This document shows, piece by piece, positions 1 through 9,677 of a DNA stretch of 55,746 nucleotides. Below the pieces are notes generated by a model that ran no database searches, was not told where the DNA came from, and saw only the letters and a program-made list of their open reading frames with translations. Each line of letters begins with the position of its first letter. The stretch's first letter is position 1. Source of the stretch: Betaproteobacteria bacterium (GTDB lineage Bacteria; Pseudomonadota; Gammaproteobacteria; Burkholderiales; JACQAP01); the NCBI GenBank assembly GCA_031406075.1, contig JANOGP010000356.1:1-55746 (forward strand). The letters are read 5' to 3'. A program made the translations under genes and the position numbers.

Positions 1-247
1 TTCCCGCGCGAACTGCAGGCTGTTGCCGTGTCGAATCCGGATCAGCCCGATCCGTTGCTTATCGCACGCTTGGAAGGTCAGGCCGGTAGGTATGGTCGTG
101 TCTTGGTAACGACGACGCCCAGCTTGCGGGCGCGGGTCACGATAAGCGTCTGCCGGCGGACTCCCATCGAGCCGGGAAACAAAGGATTCAAACTTTTTAA
201 ATCGATCCTGCCGTGGTTATGCAGGTTTCTCCCGACGTTCGAGTTTT

Positions 248-1027
248 CTAGAACTTTGCGTTGTCCCGGTTTTCGGCACGGTCGAAGCCCTTCGCCGCAC
301 CCAGCCCGCGCGCGCCTTTGAATATGGTCCCGTCAACATTCGCCTCCTCCAGATTCGCTTCCGTCAAATCCGCACCGGTCAGGTCCGCGCCGGAGAGGTC
401 GGCTCGATAGAGATCGGCGCCGCGCAAGTTTGCATCCTTCAGGTTGGCAAACCGAAGCAACGTCCGGTTCAGGTCGGCTTCGGAAAGGTCGGCGCCCTCG
501 AGGTTGGCCTTAATGAGGTTGGTGCGCATCTGTCCCATCCCCTGATTCCTGATGTTGACGCCGAGCCGCGCTTTGGACAGGTTGGCATGCGAAAGATCGG
601 CACCGTCCAGTTCCGCGATGATGCGCGCTCCGGAGAGATTCGCGTTCCTGAAGCTCGGACGGGCGGTGACTTCTCCGCCGAGTATCACGACGGACATCAG
701 CGTTGCGCGCGAGAGATCGGCACCCGAAAAGTCCGTCCCCATCAGCCAGGCTCCGTTCAGGTTGGCCCTGGAGAGCTTTGCACCGGAAAAATCGCTCTGT
801 ACGAGTTTGCTGGCGAAGAAACTGGTCCCGACGAGGTTCGCACTCCGGAAATCTTGTCGACTCAAATCCAGGCGGGAAAGGTCTTTGCCGGCAAGTGCAG
901 CGGTGGTCTCATGCTCCGATGCCGACAGAATCTGTTTCACCTGTTCGGCCGTCAGATCCGCGCCGAAAGCCGGCAGCGGCGGGCCGGCGAGCGCCGCAAG
1001 GACGAAAAATGCACGCATCCGACTCAT
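248..1027 (-). CDS. Exported pentapeptide-repeat protein
   Basis: Many A(D/N)LxxA pentapeptide repeats; signal-peptide-like N-terminus from MSRMRAFF (ATG 1027, GGAG upstream). Confidence 0.9.
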   Translation of the reverse strand: MSRMRAFFVLAALAGPPLPAFGADLTAEQVKQILSASEHETTAALAGKDLSRLDLSRQDFRSANLVGTSFFASKLVQSDFSGAKLSRANLNGAWLMGTDFSGADLSRATLMSVVILGGEVTARPSFRNANLSGARIIAELDGADLSHANLSKARLGVNIRNQGMGQMRTNLIKANLEGADLSEADLNRTLLRFANLKDANLRGADLYRADLSGADLTGADLTEANLEEANVDGTIFKGARGLGAAKGFDRAENRDNAKF

Positions 1028-1173
1028 GGCGCAATCTCCCGGAAGGTGGGTGTCGTTTCCGCCGTTGCGGCGGTTCGGATCGTCGCGTGGCGAACGGGAA
1101 CCATGATACATAGACAATCAAAACGATGACGATGCGCGGGAGGAGATTCACTCCCCGTTGTTCGCATTCAGGA

Positions 1174-1848
1174 CTATGTGGATTCGGCCCCTTCGAGCTG
1201 CGAAAACCGGACCGGCAGAATTTCCCTGGTGGACAGCCGGCCGTTCGCGCTTTTCTCCACCAGGATCAATTGCTGATTGTCGGACAATCCCGCCGGGATC
1301 ATCATTCTTCCCCCCGGCTTGAGCTGGTTGATCAGCGAGGTAGGAATCAGGTCCGGCGCCGCAGTGACCATCACCTTGTCGAACGGGGCGTGTTCGGGCA
1401 GACCCTGGCTGCCGTTGGCAACCCTTACTTCGATATTTGTATAACCTGCGCGGCTGAGGCGTTTCATGGCCTGGTGGGCGAGCGCTTCGATGATCTCCAC
1501 GCTGTATACCTTGTGCGCCAGTTCGGCGAGAACTGCCGCCTGGTAGCCGAGCCCGGTGCCAATCTCCAAAACGACGTCTTCCTTGCGGATTTCCAGCATG
1601 TCCGTCATCAGCGCAACGATGAAGGGCTGGGATATGGTTTTGTCGAAGCCGATGGGAAGCGGGCGGTTGAGGTATGCGTAAGGCTGGATTTCGACCGGAA
1701 CGAATTCGTGCCGCGGCACTTTGCCCATGACGTCCATCACCCGCGCATCGAGGTTGTACTTGCCGATGCGTTCGCCCGCGAGGACGGTTTGCGCGGCAAT
1801 TTCGAGGACCATGTCTTGCCGCAGGGCTGCGGCCTGCTGTTCGTTCAA
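1174..1848 (-). CDS. pcm: Protein-L-isoaspartate(D-aspartate) O-methyltransferase
   Basis: VPRHEFV, TISQP, VLEIGTGLGYQAAVL SAM-binding motif, APFDKVMVTAA. Confidence 0.92.
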   Translation of the reverse strand: MNEQQAAALRQDMVLEIAAQTVLAGERIGKYNLDARVMDVMGKVPRHEFVPVEIQPYAYLNRPLPIGFDKTISQPFIVALMTDMLEIRKEDVVLEIGTGLGYQAAVLAELAHKVYSVEIIEALAHQAMKRLSRAGYTNIEVRVANGSQGLPEHAPFDKVMVTAAPDLIPTSLINQLKPGGRMMIPAGLSDNQQLILVEKSANGRLSTREILPVRFSQLEGAEST

Positions 1849-1934
1849 GCGAATGCCCCATGGGCTGCACTTGATGCAGACGATACGCCTACGGAAGGCG
1901 ACCGGACAGCCTTGGCGGCAGGATCACCTGCCCT

Positions 1935-2345
1935 TTATCCGACCGGATTGCTCACGCTCTCGATTCGTCGCTTCACCCCCATGGGGTCCCGGACCGTCTT
2001 GAAGACGACATTGCTCAAGCCCCGGCCGGTCACGGTCACGGTGCCAAAGCCGAATATACGCCCAGGAACGCCCTGATCGATCTCCACGGTTTCTATGGAG
2101 TTCAGCTTCATCTCCTCGGATTTGCGGCTGATGATGCCCTTCTTGTAGATCACGCGCTTGTTGGTAACGCCCTGCTCGATGGACCGCAGCGTGAGGAATT
2201 CATAAAGGGCCAGGATCAGCGTAAGTCCGATCGTCGGGATCGCGAGCAAGATCCACAGGACCAACCAGCGCCTTGAAATCCAGTGGAGACTGAAAAATCC
2301 TACGATCTGCTCGCCGGCGGACAGCGATTCTTCGATGTAAGGCAT
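1935..2345 (-). CDS. Membrane protein with bacterial PH (bPH_2) domain
   Basis: N-terminal TM segment, then VTNKRVIYKKGIISR...IETVEIDQG...GRIFGFGTVTV. Confidence 0.8.
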   Translation of the reverse strand: MPYIEESLSAGEQIVGFFSLHWISRRWLVLWILLAIPTIGLTLILALYEFLTLRSIEQGVTNKRVIYKKGIISRKSEEMKLNSIETVEIDQGVPGRIFGFGTVTVTGRGLSNVVFKTVRDPMGVKRRIESVSNPVG

Positions 2346-2393
2346 GCAAAGTCCCGTTTCGTTGAAAATTGTTGCGCGTCGCCGTCCGTTCGA

Positions 2394-3173
2394 TTATTCC
2401 TTGCCGTCGCTTCCGTCGTGTCGCATGGCCTCGCTGAAAGCCGCCGCAAGGATACCCGTAGGCATCGCGATCAATCCGATTCCCGAGATTGCCGTCATCG
2501 CGGCGAATATTCGACCGAGCAATGTAATGGGGTACACGTCGCCGTAACCAACCGTCGTCAATGTCGTGACCGACCACCACATGGCGCGAGGAATACTGCC
2601 GAAAGCCTCCGGTTGCAATCTTCCCTCCACCAGATAGAGCAGTATGGATGAGGCAAGCAGCAGCAGTAATGCCAGACACACGCTAAGGCCAAGTTCATGG
2701 CGTCTGGAGGTGAAGGCTTTGCGAACATGGTCCATCGCCTGCGAAAAGGGACCAAGCCTCGCCAGTCGGAGAATCCTGATCAGGCGAAGCAGGCGAAGAA
2801 GATATGCTTCGGAGCCACCCAACGTCAGCAGCGAAGGCGCCAGTGCGAGGAGATCGATAATTGCCATCGGAGAGCGGGCATATCTGAATCGACCCGCCCA
2901 GCCATCGTTATACTTTGGATTCTCCGCGGTTATCCAGAGACGGGCCACATACTCTGTGAGAAAGGCCGCAGTGATGATCCACTCGACGATCAGGAAAGTG
3001 CTTGTCAGCGGGACGGCGATCGTGGATTCCGTGTCGAGTATCGCAACGATTGCGGAAACAAGAATAAACGCGCAGACGATGCGAATTGTCACCGAAAGCC
3101 CTTGATGGGGCCAGGCGGTGGGCTCAAGCTGCGTATAGAACTTATGGCGAAGGGACAAGTTTGCGTTCCCCAA
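2394..3173 (-). CDS. Voltage-gated potassium channel / ion transporter
   Basis: S4-like LRLLRLIRILRLAR and selectivity filter TTVGYGD. Confidence 0.92.
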   Translation of the reverse strand: MGNANLSLRHKFYTQLEPTAWPHQGLSVTIRIVCAFILVSAIVAILDTESTIAVPLTSTFLIVEWIITAAFLTEYVARLWITAENPKYNDGWAGRFRYARSPMAIIDLLALAPSLLTLGGSEAYLLRLLRLIRILRLARLGPFSQAMDHVRKAFTSRRHELGLSVCLALLLLLASSILLYLVEGRLQPEAFGSIPRAMWWSVTTLTTVGYGDVYPITLLGRIFAAMTAISGIGLIAMPTGILAAAFSEAMRHDGSDGKE

Positions 3174-3331
3174 CGCTTAAGCGAAAACAGGAATCGAAGT
3201 ATCGATGGCGGGCATTGATCAGTCGTCTTTCGGTTGCCTTGTCTTCGATCAGCAAAGAGTAAACGCGCCAAGGAGTAATGTCATCAGCCATATCAATCAA
3301 ATCAGCGTCGCATTTCACGCCATGGCACGCG

Positions 3332-3360
3332 TTGACCCTCTGGGCACCGCGTGTTATAAA
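3332..3360 (+). promoter_or_regulatory. Sigma70-type promoter of the aminotransferase gene
   Basis: TTGACC (3332-3337), 17-nt spacer, extended -10 TGn-TATAAA (3355-3360). Confidence 0.6.
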
Positions 3361-3384
3361 TCGTTTCAAATATAGACGCTTACG

Positions 3385-3418
3385 GGCGGGTGCGCCAGAC
3401 GGCTGCCCCGCCTTTTTT
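3385..3418 (+). terminator. Terminator-like hairpin in the aminotransferase 5' leader
   Basis: GGCGGG...CCCGCC stem followed by TTTTTT, just before RBS GGAGGAG. Confidence 0.45.
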
Positions 3419-3438
3419 GAGCCGGAGGAGAACAGTAG

Positions 3439-4656
3439 ATGCCAGCCATTTCCCGCCGGGCGAACGATCTCGGCACCGAAAACGCTTTTGTCGTCCTTGC
3501 CGAAGTGAGTGCGCTGCAACGCCAGGGCAAGGACATCATTTCCTTTTGTATCGGCCAGCCGGATTTCCACACCCCGAAAAACATCCGCGACGCCGGCATC
3601 AAGGCGATCAACGAGGGCAAGCACGGCTACACGCCTTCGGCCGGAATTCTGGAATTGCGCGAGGCGGCGGCGAATTATCTGAGCCGCACGCGACAAATCA
3701 GCGTGAGCGCGGACGACATTGTCGTCGGAGCGGGCGCAAAACCGTTCATCGCCTATTCGATTCTCTCGGTCACCGACTATGGCACCGGCGACGAGGTGGT
3801 GTTTCCGAATCCAGGCTTCCCCATCTACGAATCGCAGATCCGCGCGCATGGCGCGGTGCCGGTGCCGATCCATCTGCGTGAATCGCGCGATTTCAGCTTT
3901 GACCCGGCCGAGCTCGAAACGAAGATCACTCCGAAAACAAAGCTCCTGATCCTGAACTCGCCGCAGAACCCGACCGGCGGCATCATTCCAAAGAAGGACA
4001 TGGAAGCGATTGCCGCGATCCTGCGCAGGCATCCGCAAGTCTGGGTGTTCGCCGACGAGATCTATTCCCAGCTTTGCTACGACGGTGAATTCGTGTCGCT
4101 GGCGCAGTTTCCGGACATGCTCGAGCGCACAATCATTTCCGATGGCGCATCGAAGACCTGGGCGATGACCGGCTGGCGCCTGGGCGTTACCGCGAACAGG
4201 GCGCTGGCGCCGGTGTTCACGCGCTGGGTGACCAACACCGATTCCTGTGCCTCGCAAATCACGCAGTGGGCCGCGGTGGAAGCGATGAACGGTCCGCAGG
4301 TCGAAGCGAAGAAAATGCGCGACAGTTTTCTGGCGCGGCGCGACCTGATCGTTGGTTTGCTAAACAGGGTGCCCGGCGTGACTTGCCGGAATCCGGGAGG
4401 TGCCTTCTACGTCTGGCCGAACGTTACGGCGGCCTGCGAGATGATCGGGGCCAAGGATTCGGAGGAGTTCCGCAAGCGTCTCTTGAACGAAGCCGGCGTG
4501 GCGGTGCTGGCGGACATTCATTTCGGTTCGCGCGTGCTTAACGAAGGCCAGCACATCCGCTTCAGTTACGCCGCTTCCAACGAAGCCATCGAGAAGGGCG
4601 TCGCTCGCATGGCGGATTTCATCCGTGCGAACACGAAAGTAAAGAAAACCGCATAA
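3439..4656 (+). CDS. PLP-dependent class I/II (aspartate-type) aminotransferase
   Basis: IGQPDF, LNSPQNPTG, DEIY, SKTWAMTGWRLG (PLP lysine). Confidence 0.95.
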   Translation: MPAISRRANDLGTENAFVVLAEVSALQRQGKDIISFCIGQPDFHTPKNIRDAGIKAINEGKHGYTPSAGILELREAAANYLSRTRQISVSADDIVVGAGAKPFIAYSILSVTDYGTGDEVVFPNPGFPIYESQIRAHGAVPVPIHLRESRDFSFDPAELETKITPKTKLLILNSPQNPTGGIIPKKDMEAIAAILRRHPQVWVFADEIYSQLCYDGEFVSLAQFPDMLERTIISDGASKTWAMTGWRLGVTANRALAPVFTRWVTNTDSCASQITQWAAVEAMNGPQVEAKKMRDSFLARRDLIVGLLNRVPGVTCRNPGGAFYVWPNVTAACEMIGAKDSEEFRKRLLNEAGVAVLADIHFGSRVLNEGQHIRFSYAASNEAIEKGVARMADFIRANTKVKKTA

Positions 4657-4668
4657 GAAGACCGTTTA

Positions 4669-4862
4669 GCCACAGAGGGCACAGAGAATTCTTCACAATA
4701 CCCCCTTGAGGGGTACACAGAGGAAAACGAAAGAGACACAAGTTGATCAAGATGCAAAGAGTCATGCAGTGCTAGCAAATTGCCACTGCCCACGCCGTTC
4801 CAGTCGCCCTTAACCCCCCAATTGCTCTTGCACTCCTCTGGGTTCTCTGTGCCCTCTGTGGC
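4669..4862. repeat. Family A fold-back element (9-mer CACAGAG arms) with 27-bp insert at 4689-4715
   Basis: Left arm GCCACAGAGGGCACAGAGAA[27]CACAGAGG; right arm CCTCTGGGTTCTCTGTGCCCTCTGTGGC; interior is an inverted homolog of 8104-8269. Confidence 0.9.
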
Positions 4863-4872
4863 AAAAAAGGGT

Positions 4873-5190
4873 TTAGGGAGCTAACCATTGCAGCAGCCAC
4901 AAGGCAGCCATGCCGACTACGATGGTCGGCATAATTTTCTTGAAGCGCCACGCCACCAGGATTGCGATTGCGCCGGCGATCAGGCGATGATTGTCCATGC
5001 TCGCCGCAAATTGACTGTCCCGAACCAGTAACTCCGGAAACACGATCGCGGACATCACCGCCGGTGGCACGAATCCGAGCGCGCGTTGTACCAGGGGTGG
5101 CATCCCCCAGTTCGCAAGCAGAGAAATGAACGAAAGGCGGATGAGGAAAGTCAGCACGCCCGCAACGATCACCACCAGCCAGAGGTTCAC
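4873..5190 (-). CDS. azlD: AzlD-domain branched-chain amino acid exporter, small subunit
   Basis: TFLIRLSF, ALGFVPPAVMSAIVFP; GTG start overlaps azlC stop (GTGA). Confidence 0.85.
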   Translation of the reverse strand: MNLWLVVIVAGVLTFLIRLSFISLLANWGMPPLVQRALGFVPPAVMSAIVFPELLVRDSQFAASMDNHRLIAGAIAILVAWRFKKIMPTIVVGMAALWLLQWLAP

Positions 5191-5873
5191 TTCCGCAGCC
5201 TCCAAGCCAGCATTCCTGCGCTGATGCCGCAGAACGCGGCGAGAATAAGCCCGAGCTTGTAAGGTAGTCCGAAGGCGGCTACCGCCACCATGCCGCCCAC
5301 CAGCGCCGTAATCACGTCGGCCCGCGACCTGAGCACCGGCACCAGCAACGCAATGAACGACAGCGCCAGGGTGAAATCGAGCGACCACTCGCGCGGTATT
5401 TCAGTACCGAGGAAGATGCCGACCGCGGTGCTCGCCTGCCAGGTGCCCCACAGCGCCACGCCGGCGCCGAAGAAATACCAGTGCCGGTTCCGTTCTCCAG
5501 AGTTTTCGCGGTAGTGCGCGATCGCAACCGCAAATGCCTCGTCCGTAAGCAGGTAGGAAAGCACCCACTTCCATGCCCGAGGCAGCTCCTTCACGTATGG
5601 CGCCATCGACGCGCTGTACAGCGCGTGCCGCAGATTGATGATGAAAGTGGTCAGGACGATCACCAGTCCCGATGCGCCGGCGCCGATCAACTGGGCGGCG
5701 ATGAATTGCGCCGAGCCGGCGAACACGATCAGCGAGATCGCCTGCGCCAATATCACGGGAATCCCGGCGCCGATCGCAAGCACCCCGTAAATGATGCCGA
5801 AGGGAGCGGCGCCGATCAGCAGCGGGAAAGTATCCCTCAGACCGGAAAAGAACTGCGCGCGGGCGCTGGGCAT
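5187..5873 (-). CDS. azlC: AzlC-family branched-chain amino acid exporter
   Basis: FAGSAQF, INLRHALYS, LTDEAFA; start refined to MPSAR. Confidence 0.92.
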   Translation of the reverse strand: MPSARAQFFSGLRDTFPLLIGAAPFGIIYGVLAIGAGIPVILAQAISLIVFAGSAQFIAAQLIGAGASGLVIVLTTFIINLRHALYSASMAPYVKELPRAWKWVLSYLLTDEAFAVAIAHYRENSGERNRHWYFFGAGVALWGTWQASTAVGIFLGTEIPREWSLDFTLALSFIALLVPVLRSRADVITALVGGMVAVAAFGLPYKLGLILAAFCGISAGMLAWRLRK

Positions 5874-6056
5874 GGTTTCGATCACGCTGTTATTGTCGGC
5901 CGATTGTAGACAGGCGCTTGATGCCGCGTCCGTTAAGGTTTTACGGAATCGCGGCCGGAACGGGGAATCGCCGGGCCGATCCACCCTTGCTGCTTGAGCC
6001 CGGACAGTTGAGTCTAGGCACCCTTCGACAGGGTACCGTCTTACAATTTCCGTGGC

Positions 6057-6914
6057 TTAAGGGTTCGACTTGCGGTTCAGAGTGTTGGTAGGCTCGCGCT
6101 CCTGCAGAATGTCCTGCATGCGCGTTTCGATCGCGGGTTTGATTTTCTGGTGCGGAAGGATGTAGAACTTCTCCTCCCTGATCGCTTCGAGAACCATTTC
6201 CGCGACTTCTTCGGCGGAAATGCGCCCAGACTGCACCGCGTGGCGCATTTGCTCTTCCCGTTTCAAGTCCTCAGGGCTTTTCTTCTTTTCCTCGAGCAAC
6301 GATGCGGGACGGTTTCGCTCGGAATCGGAAATGCCGGTGGGCACGTAGGCGGGGCAGAGCACCGAAGCCTTGATCTTGGCGCCGAATTCGACCAGGTCGT
6401 GGTGCAGGCATTCGGTCAGCGTGACTACCGAGTGCTTGGACACGCAGTAGACGCTCATTCCCGGCAGCGACAGCAGTCCAGCCACCGATGCCGTGTTTAC
6501 GATGTGGCAGTCCATGTTCTGCTCGAGCATGCGTGGCACGAAGGCGCGGATGCCGTGAATCACGCCCCATAAATTGACGCCCAACGTCCATTCCCAGTCT
6601 TTTTCGCTTTGCTCCCAAACCGTACCGCCGGGCGCGACGCCGGCGTTGTTGCACAGCACATGCACGCCACCAAAGGTCTTGAACGCCTTGTCGGCCAGCG
6701 CCTCGACGTCCTTGCCCTTCGACACGTCGGTGCGCACCGCCAGTACCGGAATGCCGGCCTGTTCGAATTCGGTTTCGGTTTTTTTCAGGGCATCGGCCTG
6801 GATGTCGGCCAGAACAATCTTCATGCCCTCGCGGGCGAAGCGCAGCGCCATGGCGTGGCCGAGGCCGCTCGCACCCCCGGTGACGACTGCGACACGGTCC
6901 TTGAACTCTTTCAT
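6057..6914 (-). CDS. Short-chain dehydrogenase/reductase
   Basis: TGGASGLG, NNAG, YCVSK. Confidence 0.93.
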   Translation of the reverse strand: MKEFKDRVAVVTGGASGLGHAMALRFAREGMKIVLADIQADALKKTETEFEQAGIPVLAVRTDVSKGKDVEALADKAFKTFGGVHVLCNNAGVAPGGTVWEQSEKDWEWTLGVNLWGVIHGIRAFVPRMLEQNMDCHIVNTASVAGLLSLPGMSVYCVSKHSVVTLTECLHHDLVEFGAKIKASVLCPAYVPTGISDSERNRPASLLEEKKKSPEDLKREEQMRHAVQSGRISAEEVAEMVLEAIREEKFYILPHQKIKPAIETRMQDILQEREPTNTLNRKSNP

Positions 6915-7042
6915 CAGCGTGATTGCAGAGGAAAAAACGCACGGATTCTAACATGCGGGTTTTCACCGTCCCGCGCCGCGTTGGCAAGCTCAGAGCGCGA
7001 ATGGTATTCTCGCCGGGCTTACAGAGAGGGGGAGAGAAGTTC

Positions 7043-8104
7043 ATGAACGAGGAGTTCATCGGCACGATGCCGGTCCATGAGCGGCATCGCTTCGATGTTG
7101 CCAGTCTGGAACGCTATCTGCGCGAGCATGTCGCAGGCTTCTCGGGAAACCTCGAGGTCGAACAGTTCAAGGGCGGCCAGTCCAATCCCACCTTCAGGCT
7201 GACGGCGGGCGGCAAGCGCTACGTTCTGCGCCGCAAGCCGCCGGGCAAGCTGCTGCCATCGGCGCACGCAGTGGACCGGGAGTACCGCGTGATCACCGCG
7301 CTGCACGGCAGCGACGTGCCGGTGGCGAAAACCTACTGCCTGTGCGAGGACGACGCGGTGATCGGCACGGCGTTCTACATCATGGATTACGTAGAAGGCC
7401 GCGTGCTGTGGGATCCGTCGCTGCCCGGCACGAGCACGGTTCAGCGCGCGGCGTACTTCGACGAGTTGAACCGCGTGATCGCCGCGCTTCACAAAGTTGA
7501 TTACGTCCGGGCAGGCCTCACCGACTACGGCAAACCGGGCACCTACATCGAGCGGCAGATCAGCCGCTGGACCAAGCAGTACCGTGCCTCCGAAACCGAG
7601 CGCATCGAGGCGATGGAGGATCTGATCGAGTGGCTGCCGAAGAACATGCCGCCGGGCGACGAGACCACCATCGTCCATGGCGATTACCGGATGGACAACG
7701 TGATTTTTCATCCGAAGGAGCCGCGGATCCTCGCAGTGCTCGACTGGGAACTGTCCACACTTGGACATCCGCTGGCGGATATCGCGTATCACTGCATGGT
7801 CTGGCGGCTTACTCCGGGCCAGTTCCGCGGCATGAACGGAATCGACTTTCGCGCACTGGGCATACCGACCGAGGAAGAATATGTCGCCGCTTATTGCAGG
7901 CGCACCGGCAGGAATCACGTTGCGAACTGGGATTTCTACCTGGCCTACAACATGTTCCGCCTGGCAGGGATACTTCAGGGCATCATGGGCCGGGTCAAGG
8001 ACGGCACCGCGGCAAGCGCGCACGCAATGGAGCAGGGCAAGCGCGCCCGGCCCATGGCCGAAGCCGGCTGGCGCCAGGTTGAGAAGATCCTTAAGACCAA
8101 TTAG
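7043..8104 (+). CDS. APH-family phosphotransferase (ACAD10/11 N-terminal-like)
   Basis: GGQSNPT, SAHAVDREY, HGDYRMDN, LDWELSTLGHP; start refined to MNEEF. Confidence 0.92.
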   Translation: MNEEFIGTMPVHERHRFDVASLERYLREHVAGFSGNLEVEQFKGGQSNPTFRLTAGGKRYVLRRKPPGKLLPSAHAVDREYRVITALHGSDVPVAKTYCLCEDDAVIGTAFYIMDYVEGRVLWDPSLPGTSTVQRAAYFDELNRVIAALHKVDYVRAGLTDYGKPGTYIERQISRWTKQYRASETERIEAMEDLIEWLPKNMPPGDETTIVHGDYRMDNVIFHPKEPRILAVLDWELSTLGHPLADIAYHCMVWRLTPGQFRGMNGIDFRALGIPTEEEYVAAYCRRTGRNHVANWDFYLAYNMFRLAGILQGIMGRVKDGTAASAHAMEQGKRARPMAEAGWRQVEKILKTN

Positions 8105-8269
8105 CCACAGAGGACACAGAGGACACAGAGGAGAGCAAAAGCAAATTGGGGGTTAAGGGCGACGTGCAAGGTGTAGGCAGCGATACCTGCGAGCAGCGTC
8201 TGACTCGTTGCATTCTTATCAGCCTATTTCTCTTTCGTTTTCCTCTGTGCCCTCTGTGCCCTCTGTGGC
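8104..8269. repeat. Family A fold-back element directly upstream of the GxxExxY gene
   Basis: GCCACAGAG-GACACAGAG-GACACAGAG ... CTCTGTGCC-CTCTGTGCC-CTCTGTGGC; first G is the last base of the upstream TAG. Confidence 0.92.
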
Positions 8270-8292
8270 CCAAATTTCTTTGGGGTAGATAG

Positions 8293-8658
8293 ATGCCCGA
8301 CGAGTTGACGGAGCGCATTATCGGAGCGGCGGTGGAAGTTCATCGTCATCTGGGGCCAGGTTTGCTCGAGAGTATTTATGAAGAGGCGCTGACTTATGAA
8401 CTAGGATTGCGGCAGATCAAATTCGAAAGGCAAATCGCCATTGACGTCTTGTACAAAGATATTCGTATTCATGGACAGCGACTCGATTTGCTCGTCGAAA
8501 AAGAGGTTGTCGTTGAAATAAAGTCTATGAAGGCGGTTCCTGCCGTGGCTTCCGCGCAAGTGCTCTCCTATCTTAAGGCAACGGGGCTCAAGCGTGCTTT
8601 GCTGATAAATTTCTCGGAAACAAAGTTAGTCAATGGGATAAGGCGGTTCTCTCTGTGA
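8293..8658 (+). CDS. GxxExxY protein (PD-(D/E)XK nuclease-like)
   Basis: 121 aa; IIGAAVEVHRHLGPGLLESIY, RLDLLV..VVVEIK, AQVLSYLK, LLINF; more AT-rich than its neighbours. Confidence 0.93.
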   Translation: MPDELTERIIGAAVEVHRHLGPGLLESIYEEALTYELGLRQIKFERQIAIDVLYKDIRIHGQRLDLLVEKEVVVEIKSMKAVPAVASAQVLSYLKATGLKRALLINFSETKLVNGIRRFSL

Positions 8659-8677
8659 TCTCTGTGTACTCTGTGGC
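8651..8677. repeat. Family A right arm containing the GxxExxY stop codon
   Basis: CTCTGTGAT-CTCTGTGTA-CTCTGTGGC; TGA at 8656-8658 lies in the first unit. Confidence 0.9.
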
Positions 8678-8692
8678 AAGGAAAGGTTTTAG

Positions 8693-9673
8693 ATGAAAGC
8701 GGTACTGTGTAAAGAACTCGGGATGCCCGACAAGCTGGTTGTCGAGGATGTGCCTTCGCTGAAGGCTGCGAAGGGACAGGTGATCATCAACGTAAAAGCC
8801 TGCGGGGTGAATTTCCCCGATACCTTGATCATCCAGGGCAAATATCAGTTCAAGCCGGAACTGCCGTTCTCGCCCGGAGGCGAGGTTGCCGGCGTGGTCA
8901 AGGAAATCGGCGAGAGCGTGACCCGTGTCAAGCGCGGCGATAGGGTGATCGCGTTTAATACCTGGGGAGGATTTGCCGAGGAGATCGCGGTGGACGCGGA
9001 ACGTACCATCCCGATGCCGGCGGCAATGGATTTCATACCTGCTTCGGCATTCGTGCTGACCTACGGCACCTCCTATTACGCCCTAAAGGATCGTGCAGAA
9101 CTCAAAGCCGGCGAAACGTTGCTGGTGCTGGGGGCTGCGGGCGGGGTGGGCCTCGCCGCGGTACAGCTGGGCAAGGCGATGGGCGCAAAGGTCATCGCGG
9201 CAGCCTCGAACGATGCCAAACTGCAGATCTGCAGACAGAATGGCGCCGATGCGGTGATCAACTACGGCACCGAAGACCTGCGCGCACGGATCAAGGTTCT
9301 TACCGCGGGCAAGGGAGTGGACGTCGTGTATGACCCGGTCGGCGGACCGTACTCGGAGCCGGCCTTGCGCGACATGGCGTGGAATGGCCGCTTCCTGGTG
9401 GTCGGCTTCGCCGCCGGCGACATTCCCAAGGTACCGCTGAATCTGACCCTGCTGAAGGGCTGTTCCATCGTCGGCGTGTTCTGGGGCGCGTTCACAAAGA
9501 ATGAACCCGAGCGCAATCGGGAAAACAACTTTGACCTGATGGCAATGTATGCGGCGGCCAAGGTCAGGCCGCATATCCACGCCACCTATCCGCTGGAGCG
9601 CGCCTCGGAAGCACTTAACGAAGTTCTCAACAAGCGCGTCACCGGCAAGGTTGTTCTGGTGACAGGTAAATAA
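8693..9673 (+). CDS. NADPH:quinone oxidoreductase (MDR family)
   Basis: GVNFPD, PFSPGGEVAG, LGAAGGVG, GKVVL. Confidence 0.93.
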   Translation: MKAVLCKELGMPDKLVVEDVPSLKAAKGQVIINVKACGVNFPDTLIIQGKYQFKPELPFSPGGEVAGVVKEIGESVTRVKRGDRVIAFNTWGGFAEEIAVDAERTIPMPAAMDFIPASAFVLTYGTSYYALKDRAELKAGETLLVLGAAGGVGLAAVQLGKAMGAKVIAAASNDAKLQICRQNGADAVINYGTEDLRARIKVLTAGKGVDVVYDPVGGPYSEPALRDMAWNGRFLVVGFAAGDIPKVPLNLTLLKGCSIVGVFWGAFTKNEPERNRENNFDLMAMYAAAKVRPHIHATYPLERASEALNEVLNKRVTGKVVLVTGK

Positions 9674-9677
9674 ACCT

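Noticed and set aside
1-247. Possible gene at the window start
   Set aside because: Only short ORFs without recognisable motifs; cannot be supported.
300-900. 15-nt periodic DNA pattern
   Set aside because: Explained by the pentapeptide-repeat protein coding sequence.
8091-8318. Short ORFs with HRGHRG, TENTEE, QRTQR or SVSSV tracts (also 4566-4793, 27390-27578, 33455-33679, 42169-42858, 43776-43994)
   Set aside because: These are translations of the 9-nt periodic arms, which lack stop codons; they have no RBS or protein-like composition.
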